From: Pontiellaceae bacterium
Lineage (GTDB): Bacteria; Verrucomicrobiota; Kiritimatiellia; Kiritimatiellales; Pontiellaceae
Direction: 5' to 3'
DNA length: 64,000 nt
NCBI GenBank assembly: GCA_016937945.1
Contig: JAFGVP010000102.1
Span: forward strand, 20,227 to 84,226
Shown: positions 36,101 to 45,259 of the stretch, piece after piece
How positions within the stretch are numbered: the first letter of the stretch is position 1
Layout of the letters: every line of letters begins with the position of its first letter
Notes under the pieces: model-generated
Databases searched by the model: none
What the model was told of the DNA's origin: nothing
The model's input: the letters and a program-made list of their open reading frames with translations, nothing else
Translations under genes and position numbers: made by a program

Positions 36101-38200
36101 GGCTGGGCTCTGCATCCGGATAAGGACGAACTGTCCGATAAACTTGCGGGCTACGGCCGCGTCCGGAATGTATTCCGCAATACCGGTCGTCACGCAGCCT
36201 ATACCCGCGAACTGCAGCGGATTCTGCAGGACTTTTCCGAAAGCAATGAGCTTTTCCCTGAACACGATGCCGTTTTTGCGGCGGAATATCTTTCGGATGT
36301 GCTGACCCATGATGGAAAACATCCGATCAGTCGGGAAGCCATAGCGCTCTTCAACGGGTTTCAGCAGCGGCTGAAACGGCCGGGAGCCCAGCGCCTTTTT
36401 GATGAAGCGATGGCGCCGGTTGAAAAGCGCCCGCTGGCCCGTTTTGATCTGCTCAGGGACTGGCTGGCGGCATACATTGAAGATGAAGCATTGCCGGAAC
36501 TGTGCGATGTGATTGCTGAAACCGCGGCTCTGATGCTGACGGACAAGATGGACCCGCTCAACTCCGGCGATCTGGACACCCGCTGTGAAATCAGCGAACT
36601 GGCCGGAAGTCATGCGCGCATCACCAACGGCAAATACCTCTTTGATTATCACGACCTGCTGCGCCGGGTTCATCTGCATGAAACCGGACTTCTCCCCCAC
36701 TTCGCGGTTTTCCTCGAAAAGAAAAAGGCGCTGGTTGAACGTACGCGCGATGAAATGCGACTCGATGAATTTAAACCGCGCGTGCTGACCTCGTTTGTCC
36801 GGAACCAGCTGATCGACAAGCTTTACCTGCCGCTGATCGGTGACAATCTCGCCAAGCAGATGGGCACCGTCGGGGCAGACACACGCACCGACCGCATGGG
36901 CATGCTGCTGCTGATTTCTCCGCCGGGTTACGGGAAGACGACGCTGATGGAATATATCGCCAACCGCCTCGGGATTATCTTCATGAAGATCAACGGCCCG
37001 GCGATCGGCCATCAGGTTACTTCCATCGATCCGGCCGAAGCTCCGAATGCCGCGGCGCGGCAGGAGCTGAACAAGCTCAATCTGGCACTGGAGATGGGCG
37101 ACAACGTGATGATCTATCTCGACGACATCCAGCACTGTAATCCGGAACTGCTGCAGAAATTTATTTCGCTCTGCGATGCCCAGCGAAAGATTGAAGGCGT
37201 CTACAAGGGCCGGCCGAAAACCTATGACCTGCGAGGCAAGGCTGTCTGCGTGGTGATGGCGGGCAACCCCTACACGGAAAGCGGTGAAATGTTCAAGGTG
37301 CCGGACATGCTGGCCAACCGGGCAGACACCTATAACCTGGGTGATATGATCGGCGATTCTGCCGACGCCTTCAAACTCTCCTATATCGAGAACGCCATGA
37401 CCTCCAATCCCGTTCTGGATAAGCTGGCATCGCGTTCCCGTTCGGATATTCATGCGATGATCAGGCTCGCGGAAAATGATTCCCGCGAAGGGATCGAGTT
37501 TGAGCGCGACTATTCAGCCGACGAGATTGCCGAATTCACTTCCGTACTTCGAAAGCTGCTCCGCATCCGCGATGTCGTGCTGACCGTGAATCAGGAATAT
37601 ATTCGCTCCGCCGCGCAATCCGACGACTACCGCACGGAGCCGCCGTTTAAACTGCAGGGATCCTATCGGAATATGAACCGGTTGGCGGAAAAGGTGCAGC
37701 CGATCATGAATGATGCGGAGATCGAGGCAATCCTGATGGATCATTATACCGGCGAAGCCCAGACATTGACCACCGGTGCCGAGTCCAACCTGCTCAAATT
37801 CAAGGAACTGTTCAGCAAACAAGATGAAACCGAAGCCGCCCGCTGGACGGAGATTAAGAAAACCTTCAACCGCAACCAGCTGTTCAGTGCCGCCGGTGAC
37901 GATAAACTGGCCCCGATTATTCTTCAGCTCTCCCGCTTCAATGAACATCTTGAAGAACTGAAAAGCACCATTGCTCAGGCTGCAGAATCCCGACCAGGGC
38001 AATCGTCTGCCGAGATCAATCTGGGATTATCGACTATTGAGGCGCTTAAACCGGCATCGACCGACTTCGGTCCGCTCCAGCAGACACTGCTGGAAATTGC
38101 GGAAAAACTGCAGGAAAGCGGAATGCATCCACACAGGAGAAGTGAACTTCCGGTGCATATGCAGAAACCCTGGCCGAAGGATTCGGACGACAGCAAATAG
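33116..38200 (+). CDS. very large (~1694 aa) protein with C-terminal AAA_5 (dynein/MoxR/McrB-type) ATPase module; N-terminal ~1250 aa of unknown function with coiled-coils
   Basis: Walker A 'LLLISPPGYGKTTLMEYIA'. Walker B/sensor region 'VMIYLDDIQHCNPELLQKF...AVCVVMAGNPY' matches the AAA_5 'DEINRA' pattern. ATG at 33116 with an AAAAAGGG Shine-Dalgarno. Confidence 0.8.
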   Translation: MAEETAGKEQESQLESGAYEVIRGRLNTHSQDLFSRTEQLDKHRREVFGSIETALLATERITTENNCVPRDMVEVGNQFLFGYNVHIGLRSEMQLGDVFSAYTFNEDGGFRSAPLDLLGSSEFETHFRELYKYYKNTRFSAFRDVGTCLYMIFRISDDPADIKAFKWQRNDDGSITYIDNRSDHEVRFPPQHEFEWTRASRDMQRNGEHPHVSIQDRIFVETIGGDLTIKIEDNTDTGEGIFAEPVDNPDQTLDDAEIWYTCIESLILLKILPYQEKNYRYIVYSEKLNIAQRIDTIADSCVLLPRNRGIIFANGYFLQNGEVKTFENSLTDMRFLRRIAATNGEDHLYIFFNRRNGVYVLLAYNVIQETVATPITCHGYSLFENGRLIFFKAGNEPQKSHAIQVWQTPFTGADVVLSKNTDDYLYKIGNSDIVRCMAACNAIINLSRREDTYANLYVDLVREAQDVIDTYFWIEKQEAYDLRAPLLQIRDAAKAAIDEFEKVRRLRQQASTALKEMRRRVKDATSASASSRYEKLDPYVKALANLRALRGEIISLRELRYMDLEQVEVMETSVAEQTDKTARTCVEFLLKPESLTPYSDEVAKVAESIETVEKVADAKKIEGAVTERAGELEMLTDTVSNLKIDDATQRTDIIDRISQIFSSLNRVRSTLRNRLKELAVREGSTEFASQLKLLSQAVTNYLDVCDSPEKCDDYLGKVMIQIEELEGRFSDFDEFIEQLTERREAIYQTFETRKQQLMEERNRRADTLLRSAERILKSIAPRLNSMQTVEEINGYFASDLMVDKVRNIIEQLTEMDDSVKAGDIQTRLKTLREDAVRQLKDQQELFVGGENVIRFGTHHFAVNTQPLELTLVRREENMFMHLTGTDFFEAVTDEAFLETRAVWEYELPSETKDLYRAEFLAVQLFRKALAEGLAEYAEDELLKYVQEHMATRYTEGYIKGVSDIDAAKLLHALLSIHQRAGLLQYSPSIRALAILGWALHPDKDELSDKLAGYGRVRNVFRNTGRHAAYTRELQRILQDFSESNELFPEHDAVFAAEYLSDVLTHDGKHPISREAIALFNGFQQRLKRPGAQRLFDEAMAPVEKRPLARFDLLRDWLAAYIEDEALPELCDVIAETAALMLTDKMDPLNSGDLDTRCEISELAGSHARITNGKYLFDYHDLLRRVHLHETGLLPHFAVFLEKKKALVERTRDEMRLDEFKPRVLTSFVRNQLIDKLYLPLIGDNLAKQMGTVGADTRTDRMGMLLLISPPGYGKTTLMEYIANRLGIIFMKINGPAIGHQVTSIDPAEAPNAAARQELNKLNLALEMGDNVMIYLDDIQHCNPELLQKFISLCDAQRKIEGVYKGRPKTYDLRGKAVCVVMAGNPYTESGEMFKVPDMLANRADTYNLGDMIGDSADAFKLSYIENAMTSNPVLDKLASRSRSDIHAMIRLAENDSREGIEFERDYSADEIAEFTSVLRKLLRIRDVVLTVNQEYIRSAAQSDDYRTEPPFKLQGSYRNMNRLAEKVQPIMNDAEIEAILMDHYTGEAQTLTTGAESNLLKFKELFSKQDETEAARWTEIKKTFNRNQLFSAAGDDKLAPIILQLSRFNEHLEELKSTIAQAAESRPGQSSAEINLGLSTIEALKPASTDFGPLQQTLLEIAEKLQESGMHPHRRSELPVHMQKPWPKDSDDSK

Positions 38201-38352
38201 CCCCGGAAGCGCCAACCGATGCAGATGCGTGAACCATGGTTTGGTGCACGGGTTCGGCGCCGGACCACTTCATGAACAACTGCTGGTGAAAAGAGTTTGC
38301 GGCGGACGTGGTTGAACCGATACGTTTTTGCAAAATAATCTTGGAGTTATCT

Positions 38353-41300
38353 ATGAATCGTTTTCTATCTGCCGGACTCATCCTCCTGACACTGCTTCTT
38401 CCTGTCCTGCCGTCGCAGGCTGCTGATTTTCTATCAGCGGAGGTGATTGCGAAAAAGGCAACTGCGGCCTCTGTTGATAAATATCCCGATTCCGATGCGG
38501 TCCTGCTTGATGACTACATTCAGGTGACCTACAACGCCGACGGAACCTCCGAAATGTGGGACGACACCGCCGTTAAGATCCTGACAGAAAAGGGCAAACG
38601 CAATTATCGCACGCTATCGCTCTCCTTCAACACTTCATACGGCACCAACTACTTTACACTGGTGGAAATCATTAAACCCGACGGATCGGTGATTCCCGTG
38701 GATATTACAGCCAACAGCAAGGTGATGGCGGATCCCAGCCAGATGAGCGCGAATATATACAACCCCAACAGCAAGGTGCTCAGTCTGTCGGTCCCCGGCC
38801 TGGAAGTGGGCGACACCCTGCACTACATCTCCTACGATCTCACAACAAAAACCGTCGTTCCGGATACATGGAGCGACTATCAGGTCTTTGAAGGAGAAAC
38901 TCCGATCGAGCAGATGACCTATCAGGTGGTTGCCCCGAGCGCGCGTCCGCTGCAGAAGATCGCGCTCAAGGGAGAGATTCCCGGCAAAGTTTCCTTCAAC
39001 CAGACCGTCAGCGAAGAAGACGGATATATTATCTACACGTGGCAGGTGCGGGATGTCCCGCGTATGTTCGACGAACCCGACATGCCGAAACGCTACACCG
39101 TTGTGCAGCGCCTGCTGGTCAGCACCATCGAATCATGGGAAGATCTCTCACGCTGGTACTGGGAACTGTGCAAACCGCGGCTTGATGCCACGACGCCGGA
39201 AATGGAAGCTAAAGCCCGCGAACTGGTAGCGGGATGCGAAACGAAGGCCGAAAAAATTCAAGCGGTTTTCCAGTTTGTTTCGCAGGATATCCGCTACATG
39301 GGTATCACCCCGGAAGAAGAGGCGCCCGGTTATGAGCCGCACGATGTATGCATCACCTTCGAAAACCGTTACGGGGTCTGCCGCGACAAAGCAGCCCTGC
39401 TGGCGGCCATGCTCCGGATTGTCGACATCGAGGCGTTCCCGGTCATCATCATGGCCGGCCCCAAGAAGGATGAAGAAGTTCCACAGCCCTTCTTCAACCA
39501 TGCGGTAACCGCCGCTCTTGGTGATGACGGTGAATACATCCTGATGGATTCCACCGACGAAAACACGAAGGACATTTTTCCGGCCTACCTCCAGAACATG
39601 AGCTATCTGGTTGCCCGCCCCGAAGGAGAGACCCTGCTCACCTCTCCGGTTATTCCGGCAGAAAACAATCTCCTGCGGATTCAATCCACCGGCACACTGA
39701 ATGCCACCGGCACATTGAACATGGAGAGCGTACTGAACTTTGAAGGCGTGAACGATACGGTTTATCGCGGCTACTTTTCAAAGATCAAGCCAGAGGAACG
39801 CCGGCGCTTCTTTGAGGGCCATCTGAAACGGACGATGCCCACCGCGATATTGAACTCGCTTGAAATCCTGCCCGAAGAGCTGCGCGACACCAGTAGCCCA
39901 CTGGTCGTAAAGATGACCTTTTCCGCAGACAACCTCCTGATTGAAGGCGAAGAAAACACCATGTTCCGACCACCGCGTCTCGGAATGTCGCTTGGCTACG
40001 CAAACTTTCTCATCGGACAGACCGGCCTCGAAGAGCGTAAATATCCGCTCTACACCCAGATCACCGCCGGTATTCGTGAAACCCAGAAGCTGAAGCTTCC
40101 CGACGATCTGGGCACCATCAATGTGCCGGATTTCATGCTGATCGACACCGAAACCATTACATGGAATGCCCATGCTTCTCAGCACGACGGCGCACTCTAC
40201 TCCACCAACATCTTCATGCTCAATACCGTGGAGTTCAGCCCGGAACAGTACAGCACCCTCAAGCAGCAATTGAAGGATATTGAATACAATCTGCGCAAGA
40301 GCATTGTGGCCGATGCCCCGCCGCAGTCGGAAGACGAAGCGGATATTCGGATTCTCGACCAAGAGACCGAGATTGTGCTTTCCGGCGTCGACCGATGGAC
40401 GGAAACCCGCCGGACCAAACTGAAGGTACTGACCTATGCCGGCCAGAAGGAATATTCCGAAATCAAGCTGTTCCATAATCCGGCGTGGCAGGAAATCGGA
40501 ATAACCCACGCAACCGTGACGCTCGCCGACGGAACCGTCAAAGAGATCAGCGACGATGAAATCAACCTGATGGACGCATCCTGGGTGGCCGGTGCGCCCC
40601 GCTATCCCTCCGGACGGATTCTGGTGGGCAACCTGCCCGGCGTGGAAATCGGAAGTACCATCGAGTATGAAGTGGTCTCCCGCGTTAATGGTAAACCCTT
40701 CTTTTCCATGATCGAAACCTTTACCGGCCATGAACCGGTGGATCACAGTAGGCTGACAATCACCGTTCCAGAGAACCTTCCGCTGCAGATTCTCAACACC
40801 GGTGTGGATGAAACCATCGAAAGCAGCGAAGATTCCATTACCTACACATGGAGTGTCTCGAATAAGCCAGCCGTCAAGTTTGAGGAATCCCTGCCGGACT
40901 GGTGGACGTTCAATCCATCGGTATTCGTTTCATGCGGCGACTGGGAAATCTACAGCAAGCAGCTTCTCGAACGTCTTCGGCAGGCCTCCCGCGAACAACC
41001 GGAAGCCATCCGCATGGCACGGAAAATAACAGGAGGAATCGGAAGCCATCGCGAGCGGGTGATTGCCATCCGCAACTGGGTAGCCGAAAACATTCGCCCG
41101 GCCGGTCCTTCCCTGCCCGACCTGCCCTTCGACGCCATTTCGCCGGCCGACCGCACGCTGGCCGACCGCTACGGCAACAACACAGATCGCATGGTCGTAC
41201 TCTACACCCTACTTAAGGCTGCCGGCTTCAAACCGGAATTCATTCTGTCCGGCGGCACGCCGCACATTGCGGAGGCTGCAAAACCGATGCTCGAAGTGCC

Positions 41301-42123
41301 GATCCGAACAGCATTCAGGTCCGTACTGCTCCGCATGGACCTCGATGGAGAAACCCTCTATATTGACGGCTCATCGCAGTATGCCGAGCTGGGAGCCAGC
41401 GCATTTGATCATGAACCCATGCTGCTTCTCGCCAACGGAACCATCGGCACCGTCCGGGTAGGACCTGGCAAGGATGACCGCTCTCACCTGCTGTACGAAA
41501 TGTCCATAACGCCGGACGGCGAGATGACGCTTTCTGAGGACATTGCGGTTCAGGGAGTGCGCTTTGAATCCTTCCATAGCACCTATGCGGAAATGACCCC
41601 GGAAAACCGCCGGCGCCACTATCTCGAAATCGTTTCCGGGGTTTCCCAGTCCGCCAAAGCCATGACAGAGCTGGTAACAGATTATGACAAATATCCGGGC
41701 AGGCTGGCCTTCACGGTTAAAGCACCTCGCTTTGCGGTGAAAGACGGCGACTATCTGTATTTCACCCTCCCGGAAGATTCTCTCAGTAACCTGCTTGTGT
41801 ACCGATCCAACGAACGAACCCTCCCGCTGGCATGGAATGCACATATCGACACATTGACTGAGTTTATCATTTACCTTCCAAAGGGATACGAGCCGGCGAT
41901 TCTTCCTGAAAACTTTTCATGGCAGGCGCCGCGTGGCGCCGGACTCATTGATATGGCCGTGGAATACAGTCCTGTCGATCACTCCATCCGTATGGTCCAG
42001 ATCGCCGATCTTCGGCCGGCACTGATCCCGGCGGATCAGTTTCCGGACATTATCAACGCCGGCCGCAAACTGGCCCATCCGAAAATGCGCACCATCCTGC
42101 TGAAAAAATCGGCCGCCAAATAA
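38353..42123 (+). CDS. secreted DUF3857/transglutaminase-like large protein (~1256 aa)
   Basis: Signal peptide 'LILLTLLLPVLPSQAAD'. Transglutaminase core 'YGVCRDKAALLAAMLRIVDIEAFPV'. A second DUF3857/3858-like half follows. Shine-Dalgarno GGAG precedes the ATG at 38353. Confidence 0.75.
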   Translation: MNRFLSAGLILLTLLLPVLPSQAADFLSAEVIAKKATAASVDKYPDSDAVLLDDYIQVTYNADGTSEMWDDTAVKILTEKGKRNYRTLSLSFNTSYGTNYFTLVEIIKPDGSVIPVDITANSKVMADPSQMSANIYNPNSKVLSLSVPGLEVGDTLHYISYDLTTKTVVPDTWSDYQVFEGETPIEQMTYQVVAPSARPLQKIALKGEIPGKVSFNQTVSEEDGYIIYTWQVRDVPRMFDEPDMPKRYTVVQRLLVSTIESWEDLSRWYWELCKPRLDATTPEMEAKARELVAGCETKAEKIQAVFQFVSQDIRYMGITPEEEAPGYEPHDVCITFENRYGVCRDKAALLAAMLRIVDIEAFPVIIMAGPKKDEEVPQPFFNHAVTAALGDDGEYILMDSTDENTKDIFPAYLQNMSYLVARPEGETLLTSPVIPAENNLLRIQSTGTLNATGTLNMESVLNFEGVNDTVYRGYFSKIKPEERRRFFEGHLKRTMPTAILNSLEILPEELRDTSSPLVVKMTFSADNLLIEGEENTMFRPPRLGMSLGYANFLIGQTGLEERKYPLYTQITAGIRETQKLKLPDDLGTINVPDFMLIDTETITWNAHASQHDGALYSTNIFMLNTVEFSPEQYSTLKQQLKDIEYNLRKSIVADAPPQSEDEADIRILDQETEIVLSGVDRWTETRRTKLKVLTYAGQKEYSEIKLFHNPAWQEIGITHATVTLADGTVKEISDDEINLMDASWVAGAPRYPSGRILVGNLPGVEIGSTIEYEVVSRVNGKPFFSMIETFTGHEPVDHSRLTITVPENLPLQILNTGVDETIESSEDSITYTWSVSNKPAVKFEESLPDWWTFNPSVFVSCGDWEIYSKQLLERLRQASREQPEAIRMARKITGGIGSHRERVIAIRNWVAENIRPAGPSLPDLPFDAISPADRTLADRYGNNTDRMVVLYTLLKAAGFKPEFILSGGTPHIAEAAKPMLEVPIRTAFRSVLLRMDLDGETLYIDGSSQYAELGASAFDHEPMLLLANGTIGTVRVGPGKDDRSHLLYEMSITPDGEMTLSEDIAVQGVRFESFHSTYAEMTPENRRRHYLEIVSGVSQSAKAMTELVTDYDKYPGRLAFTVKAPRFAVKDGDYLYFTLPEDSLSNLLVYRSNERTLPLAWNAHIDTLTEFIIYLPKGYEPAILPENFSWQAPRGAGLIDMAVEYSPVDHSIRMVQIADLRPALIPADQFPDIINAGRKLAHPKMRTILLKKSAAK

Positions 42124-42809
42124 TGAAACTGCACTATCTCCAGCACGTTCCGTTTGAAGGACTGGGTTATATCGAAACCTGGGCCCGGCATAACGACATG
42201 GAAATCTCCGTCAGCCGACTCCATGCGAACGATCCGCTGCCGGCGCCCGATCTGTTTGACTGGCTGGTGATCATGGGCGGGCCCATGGGTATTTATGATC
42301 ACGATGAATATCCCTGGCTGCCTGAAGAAAAAGTCTTCATCCGCCAAGCCATAGACGCCGGGAAAACCGTGCTCGGCATCTGCCTGGGCGCCCAGCTGAT
42401 TGCCGATGTGCTTGGCGCAAAGGTCTATCCCGGACCACAGAAAGAGATCGGCTGGTTTCCGATCCGACGCGCTGATGACGCGCCCGATCTGATTCCGGAA
42501 ACCCTCACCGTTTTCCACTGGCATGGCGACACGTTCGATATTCCGGACGGCGCCGTTAAGCTCGCCTCCAGCGAGCCCGGCATCAATCAGGGCTTTGTCT
42601 ATAACGAACGAGTTGTCGCCCTGCAGTTTCATCTCGAAAGCACGCAGGCAAGCATCGAAGCCCTGCTCGAACACTGTGCCGATGAACTCGTCGACGCCCC
42701 CACCATCCAAACCGCCGAGCAGATCCGCAACGGCTTTACGCAGATCGAATATATAAATGATATCCTCACCGGCTTACTGAATCAGTTGTTTCTCCGGAAA
42801 GACACGTGA
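42123..42809 (+). CDS. class I (type 1) glutamine amidotransferase-like protein
   Basis: 'VLGICLGAQLIA' nucleophile-Cys motif and 'ALQFHLE' His/Glu. Start overlaps the stop of the upstream gene (TAATG). Confidence 0.75.
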   Translation: MKLHYLQHVPFEGLGYIETWARHNDMEISVSRLHANDPLPAPDLFDWLVIMGGPMGIYDHDEYPWLPEEKVFIRQAIDAGKTVLGICLGAQLIADVLGAKVYPGPQKEIGWFPIRRADDAPDLIPETLTVFHWHGDTFDIPDGAVKLASSEPGINQGFVYNERVVALQFHLESTQASIEALLEHCADELVDAPTIQTAEQIRNGFTQIEYINDILTGLLNQLFLRKDT

Positions 42810-42885
42810 CAGGCATTCAGGACGAAGCGTAGATCGGTTACCTTGCCACTTGCCTCCCGCCACTCCCCCCTTTACCCTCCGGTGC

Positions 42886-43818
42886 ATGTTTATCATTAAC
42901 AGCATTGCTCCGATTTTTCTGCTGATTGCGCTGGGCAAGATCCTGCGGAAAACCAGCTTTCTGCCGGAAGCGTTTTTCAAGGGGCTGAACCGCCTGGTCT
43001 TCTGGTTCGCCCTGCCGGCGTTGCTGATCAACAGCGTCAGCCAGGCGACACTGGAACTGGATACCATATCGCGTATCGTTGGTCTGCTTACAACGGCCAC
43101 CCTGCTGACCATGGCGCTGGCATGGATTTCCGGGCGCCCGCTGTCCCTTTCCGCGCCGCAGACCGGCGCATTTATTCAAGGAGCGTTCCGCGGTAATGCC
43201 GCATTCATTTCGTTACCGGTGATTGTCTATTCGATGGGCCGGCAGGAACCCGGCACCGAAGCGCTGGCCACGGTGGTCCTCGCGCCGGTGGTCATCCTCT
43301 TCAACATACTGGGCGTTATCGTCCTGACCCGCTTCAGCAGCGATCGCAAGAATCATCGGATTTCGGCGCTGAGCGTCGGCATGGAAATGCTCCGGAATCC
43401 GCTGATTCTTGCCTGCATACTCGGCATTGTCATGAATGTGATGGACTTTCACCTGCCCCGCTTTATTGCCACGACCTTCGAGGCACTGGGCCGCACGTCC
43501 CTTCCGCTGGTGCTCATGAGCATCGGTGCCACGCTGGAAATCGAACGGCTGCGCGGCGCGGCGTCGCCGTCGCTGGTGGCCTCGTTGATCAAGGTTGTAG
43601 CCGCGCCCCTCTTCGGCGTCCTGCTGTCCGGTTTGTTCCAGACCAGCCATACCGAGCTGATGATCGCCGTCTTTTTTCTGGCATCGCCTGCGGCGGCAAT
43701 GTCGTACATTATGGCGGAAGAAATGGGCAACGACGGCCCGCTGGCCGGCCGGATCGTAACGCTCAGCACCCTGTTTTCTGCCGTCACCATTCCGCTTATC
43801 ATGGCCATCGGCCTCTGA
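42886..43818 (+). CDS. AEC-family (auxin efflux carrier / malate permease-like) transporter
   Basis: ~311-aa polytopic membrane protein with AEC-type N- and C-terminal repeats. Confidence 0.7.
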   Translation: MFIINSIAPIFLLIALGKILRKTSFLPEAFFKGLNRLVFWFALPALLINSVSQATLELDTISRIVGLLTTATLLTMALAWISGRPLSLSAPQTGAFIQGAFRGNAAFISLPVIVYSMGRQEPGTEALATVVLAPVVILFNILGVIVLTRFSSDRKNHRISALSVGMEMLRNPLILACILGIVMNVMDFHLPRFIATTFEALGRTSLPLVLMSIGATLEIERLRGAASPSLVASLIKVVAAPLFGVLLSGLFQTSHTELMIAVFFLASPAAAMSYIMAEEMGNDGPLAGRIVTLSTLFSAVTIPLIMAIGL

Positions 43819-43826
43819 GGTTTCAG

Positions 43827-44477
43827 ATGAAGATTGAACTCAGCAACGTTACCCTAAACATTCAGCAACAGTGTCTGATCAACGGAGCGACCCTTCGGAT
43901 CGGCGCCGGAGAAAAGGTCGTATTGCGCGGCCCGTCAGGCTGCGGCAAAAGCTCGTTGCTGAAGTGCATAATCGGAGCCCTGCCGCTTGATTCCGGAACC
44001 ATCCGGGTTGACGATACAGAGCTATCAGCCGAAACCACCGCACTCATCCGCAAGTCGATTGCCTTCATAGGACAGGAACCGGTTCTCGGCGCGGATCGGG
44101 TAAGGGATGCCCTGCTGCTTCCCTTCACCTATAAGGCACACCGGCACCTGCAGCCCGATGAGCAGACTGTCACAAAATATCTGAAAACCTTGCACCTTTC
44201 CTCCGATATCCTCGACAAACCGTGTGCCCGAATCTCCGGGGGGGAAAAGCAGCGCATCGCCATCGCCCGAGCGCTACTGCTGGACAAAACGATTTTCCTG
44301 ACCGATGAAATAACATCGGCGCTCGATCCGGAAAGCAAGGCGGCTGTCATGCAGGAGCTCTTTGAATCGGATATCACACTATTGTCGGTCTCGCACGATT
44401 CCGATTGGATCGAACGGTGCAGCCGCGTGATCACCATGAAGGATGCTCAACTGAAGGAGGAGACTGATGCTGGTTGA
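43827..44477 (+). CDS. ABC transporter ATP-binding protein (FetA-like)
   Basis: Walker A 'GPSGCGKSS', signature 'ISGGEKQRIAIARAL', Walker B 'IFLTDE'. Confidence 0.85.
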   Translation: MKIELSNVTLNIQQQCLINGATLRIGAGEKVVLRGPSGCGKSSLLKCIIGALPLDSGTIRVDDTELSAETTALIRKSIAFIGQEPVLGADRVRDALLLPFTYKAHRHLQPDEQTVTKYLKTLHLSSDILDKPCARISGGEKQRIAIARALLLDKTIFLTDEITSALDPESKAAVMQELFESDITLLSVSHDSDWIERCSRVITMKDAQLKEETDAG

Positions 44478-45249
44478 TCTATCCATCCCGTCAACGATTT
44501 CCATATTTGCCCTGCTGCTGATTCCCGTCGGCATCTTTGTCTATCTCGGACTGGGCCTCGTACGCGAAACCCTGCTCTCCGCCGTGCGCATGGCCGTGCA
44601 GCTGATGCTGGTCGGCCTCTACCTGAAATATATTTTTCACCTGAACAATATCTGGGTCAATCTGCTGTGGGTGCTCGTTATGATGACCGCCGCCAACTCC
44701 AGCATTCTGGGAAAATCAGGACTCAAGCGCCGCCTCTTTTTCTGGCGTTCGCTCGCCGGCGTGGCTATCAGCACGCTGGTGGTCAGCGGTTGGTTTATCC
44801 TGGTCGCCATTCGGCCCGACCCGCTTTACGACGCCCGATACGTCATTCCGATCACGGGCATGATTCTCGGAAACTGCCAGCGCAGCAATGTGCTCAGTCT
44901 GGAACGTTTTTTCAGTGGAATCCGGAGGAATGAAACCGAGTTCATGACCTATCTCATGCTGGGCGCCAGCCTGCGTGAAGCAGTGCGCCCCTATCTTCGC
45001 GATTCCGTCAAAGCCGCCGTAAATCCATCGATATCCACCATGGCCACCATGGGCATTGTTTCGCTGCCCGGCATGATGACCGGCCAGATTCTCGGCGGCG
45101 CCATGCCGGTGGAAGCCATCAAATATCAGGTCGGCATCATGATCTGCATCTTCACGTCTATGGTGATTGCCGCCATCGTGAACATTCTGCTGAGCCTGCC
45201 GATTGCGTTTGACGAATATCAGCGGCTCAAAACGGACGTTTTCACATAA
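44467..45249 (+). CDS. ABC transporter permease, UPF0014/FetB (YbbM) family
   Basis: 260-aa polytopic protein overlapping the ATPase gene. Resembles FetB-type iron-export permeases. Confidence 0.7.
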   Translation: MLVDLSIPSTISIFALLLIPVGIFVYLGLGLVRETLLSAVRMAVQLMLVGLYLKYIFHLNNIWVNLLWVLVMMTAANSSILGKSGLKRRLFFWRSLAGVAISTLVVSGWFILVAIRPDPLYDARYVIPITGMILGNCQRSNVLSLERFFSGIRRNETEFMTYLMLGASLREAVRPYLRDSVKAAVNPSISTMATMGIVSLPGMMTGQILGGAMPVEAIKYQVGIMICIFTSMVIAAIVNILLSLPIAFDEYQRLKTDVFT

Positions 45250-45259
45250 ACCGGCCGGA

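Noticed and set aside
35468-37453. 661-aa - strand ORF
   Set aside because: Antisense to the giant AAA_5 protein gene. Composition mirrors the coding strand. No domains.
39778-40746. 322-aa - strand ORF
   Set aside because: Lies inside and antisense to the secreted transglutaminase-like gene.
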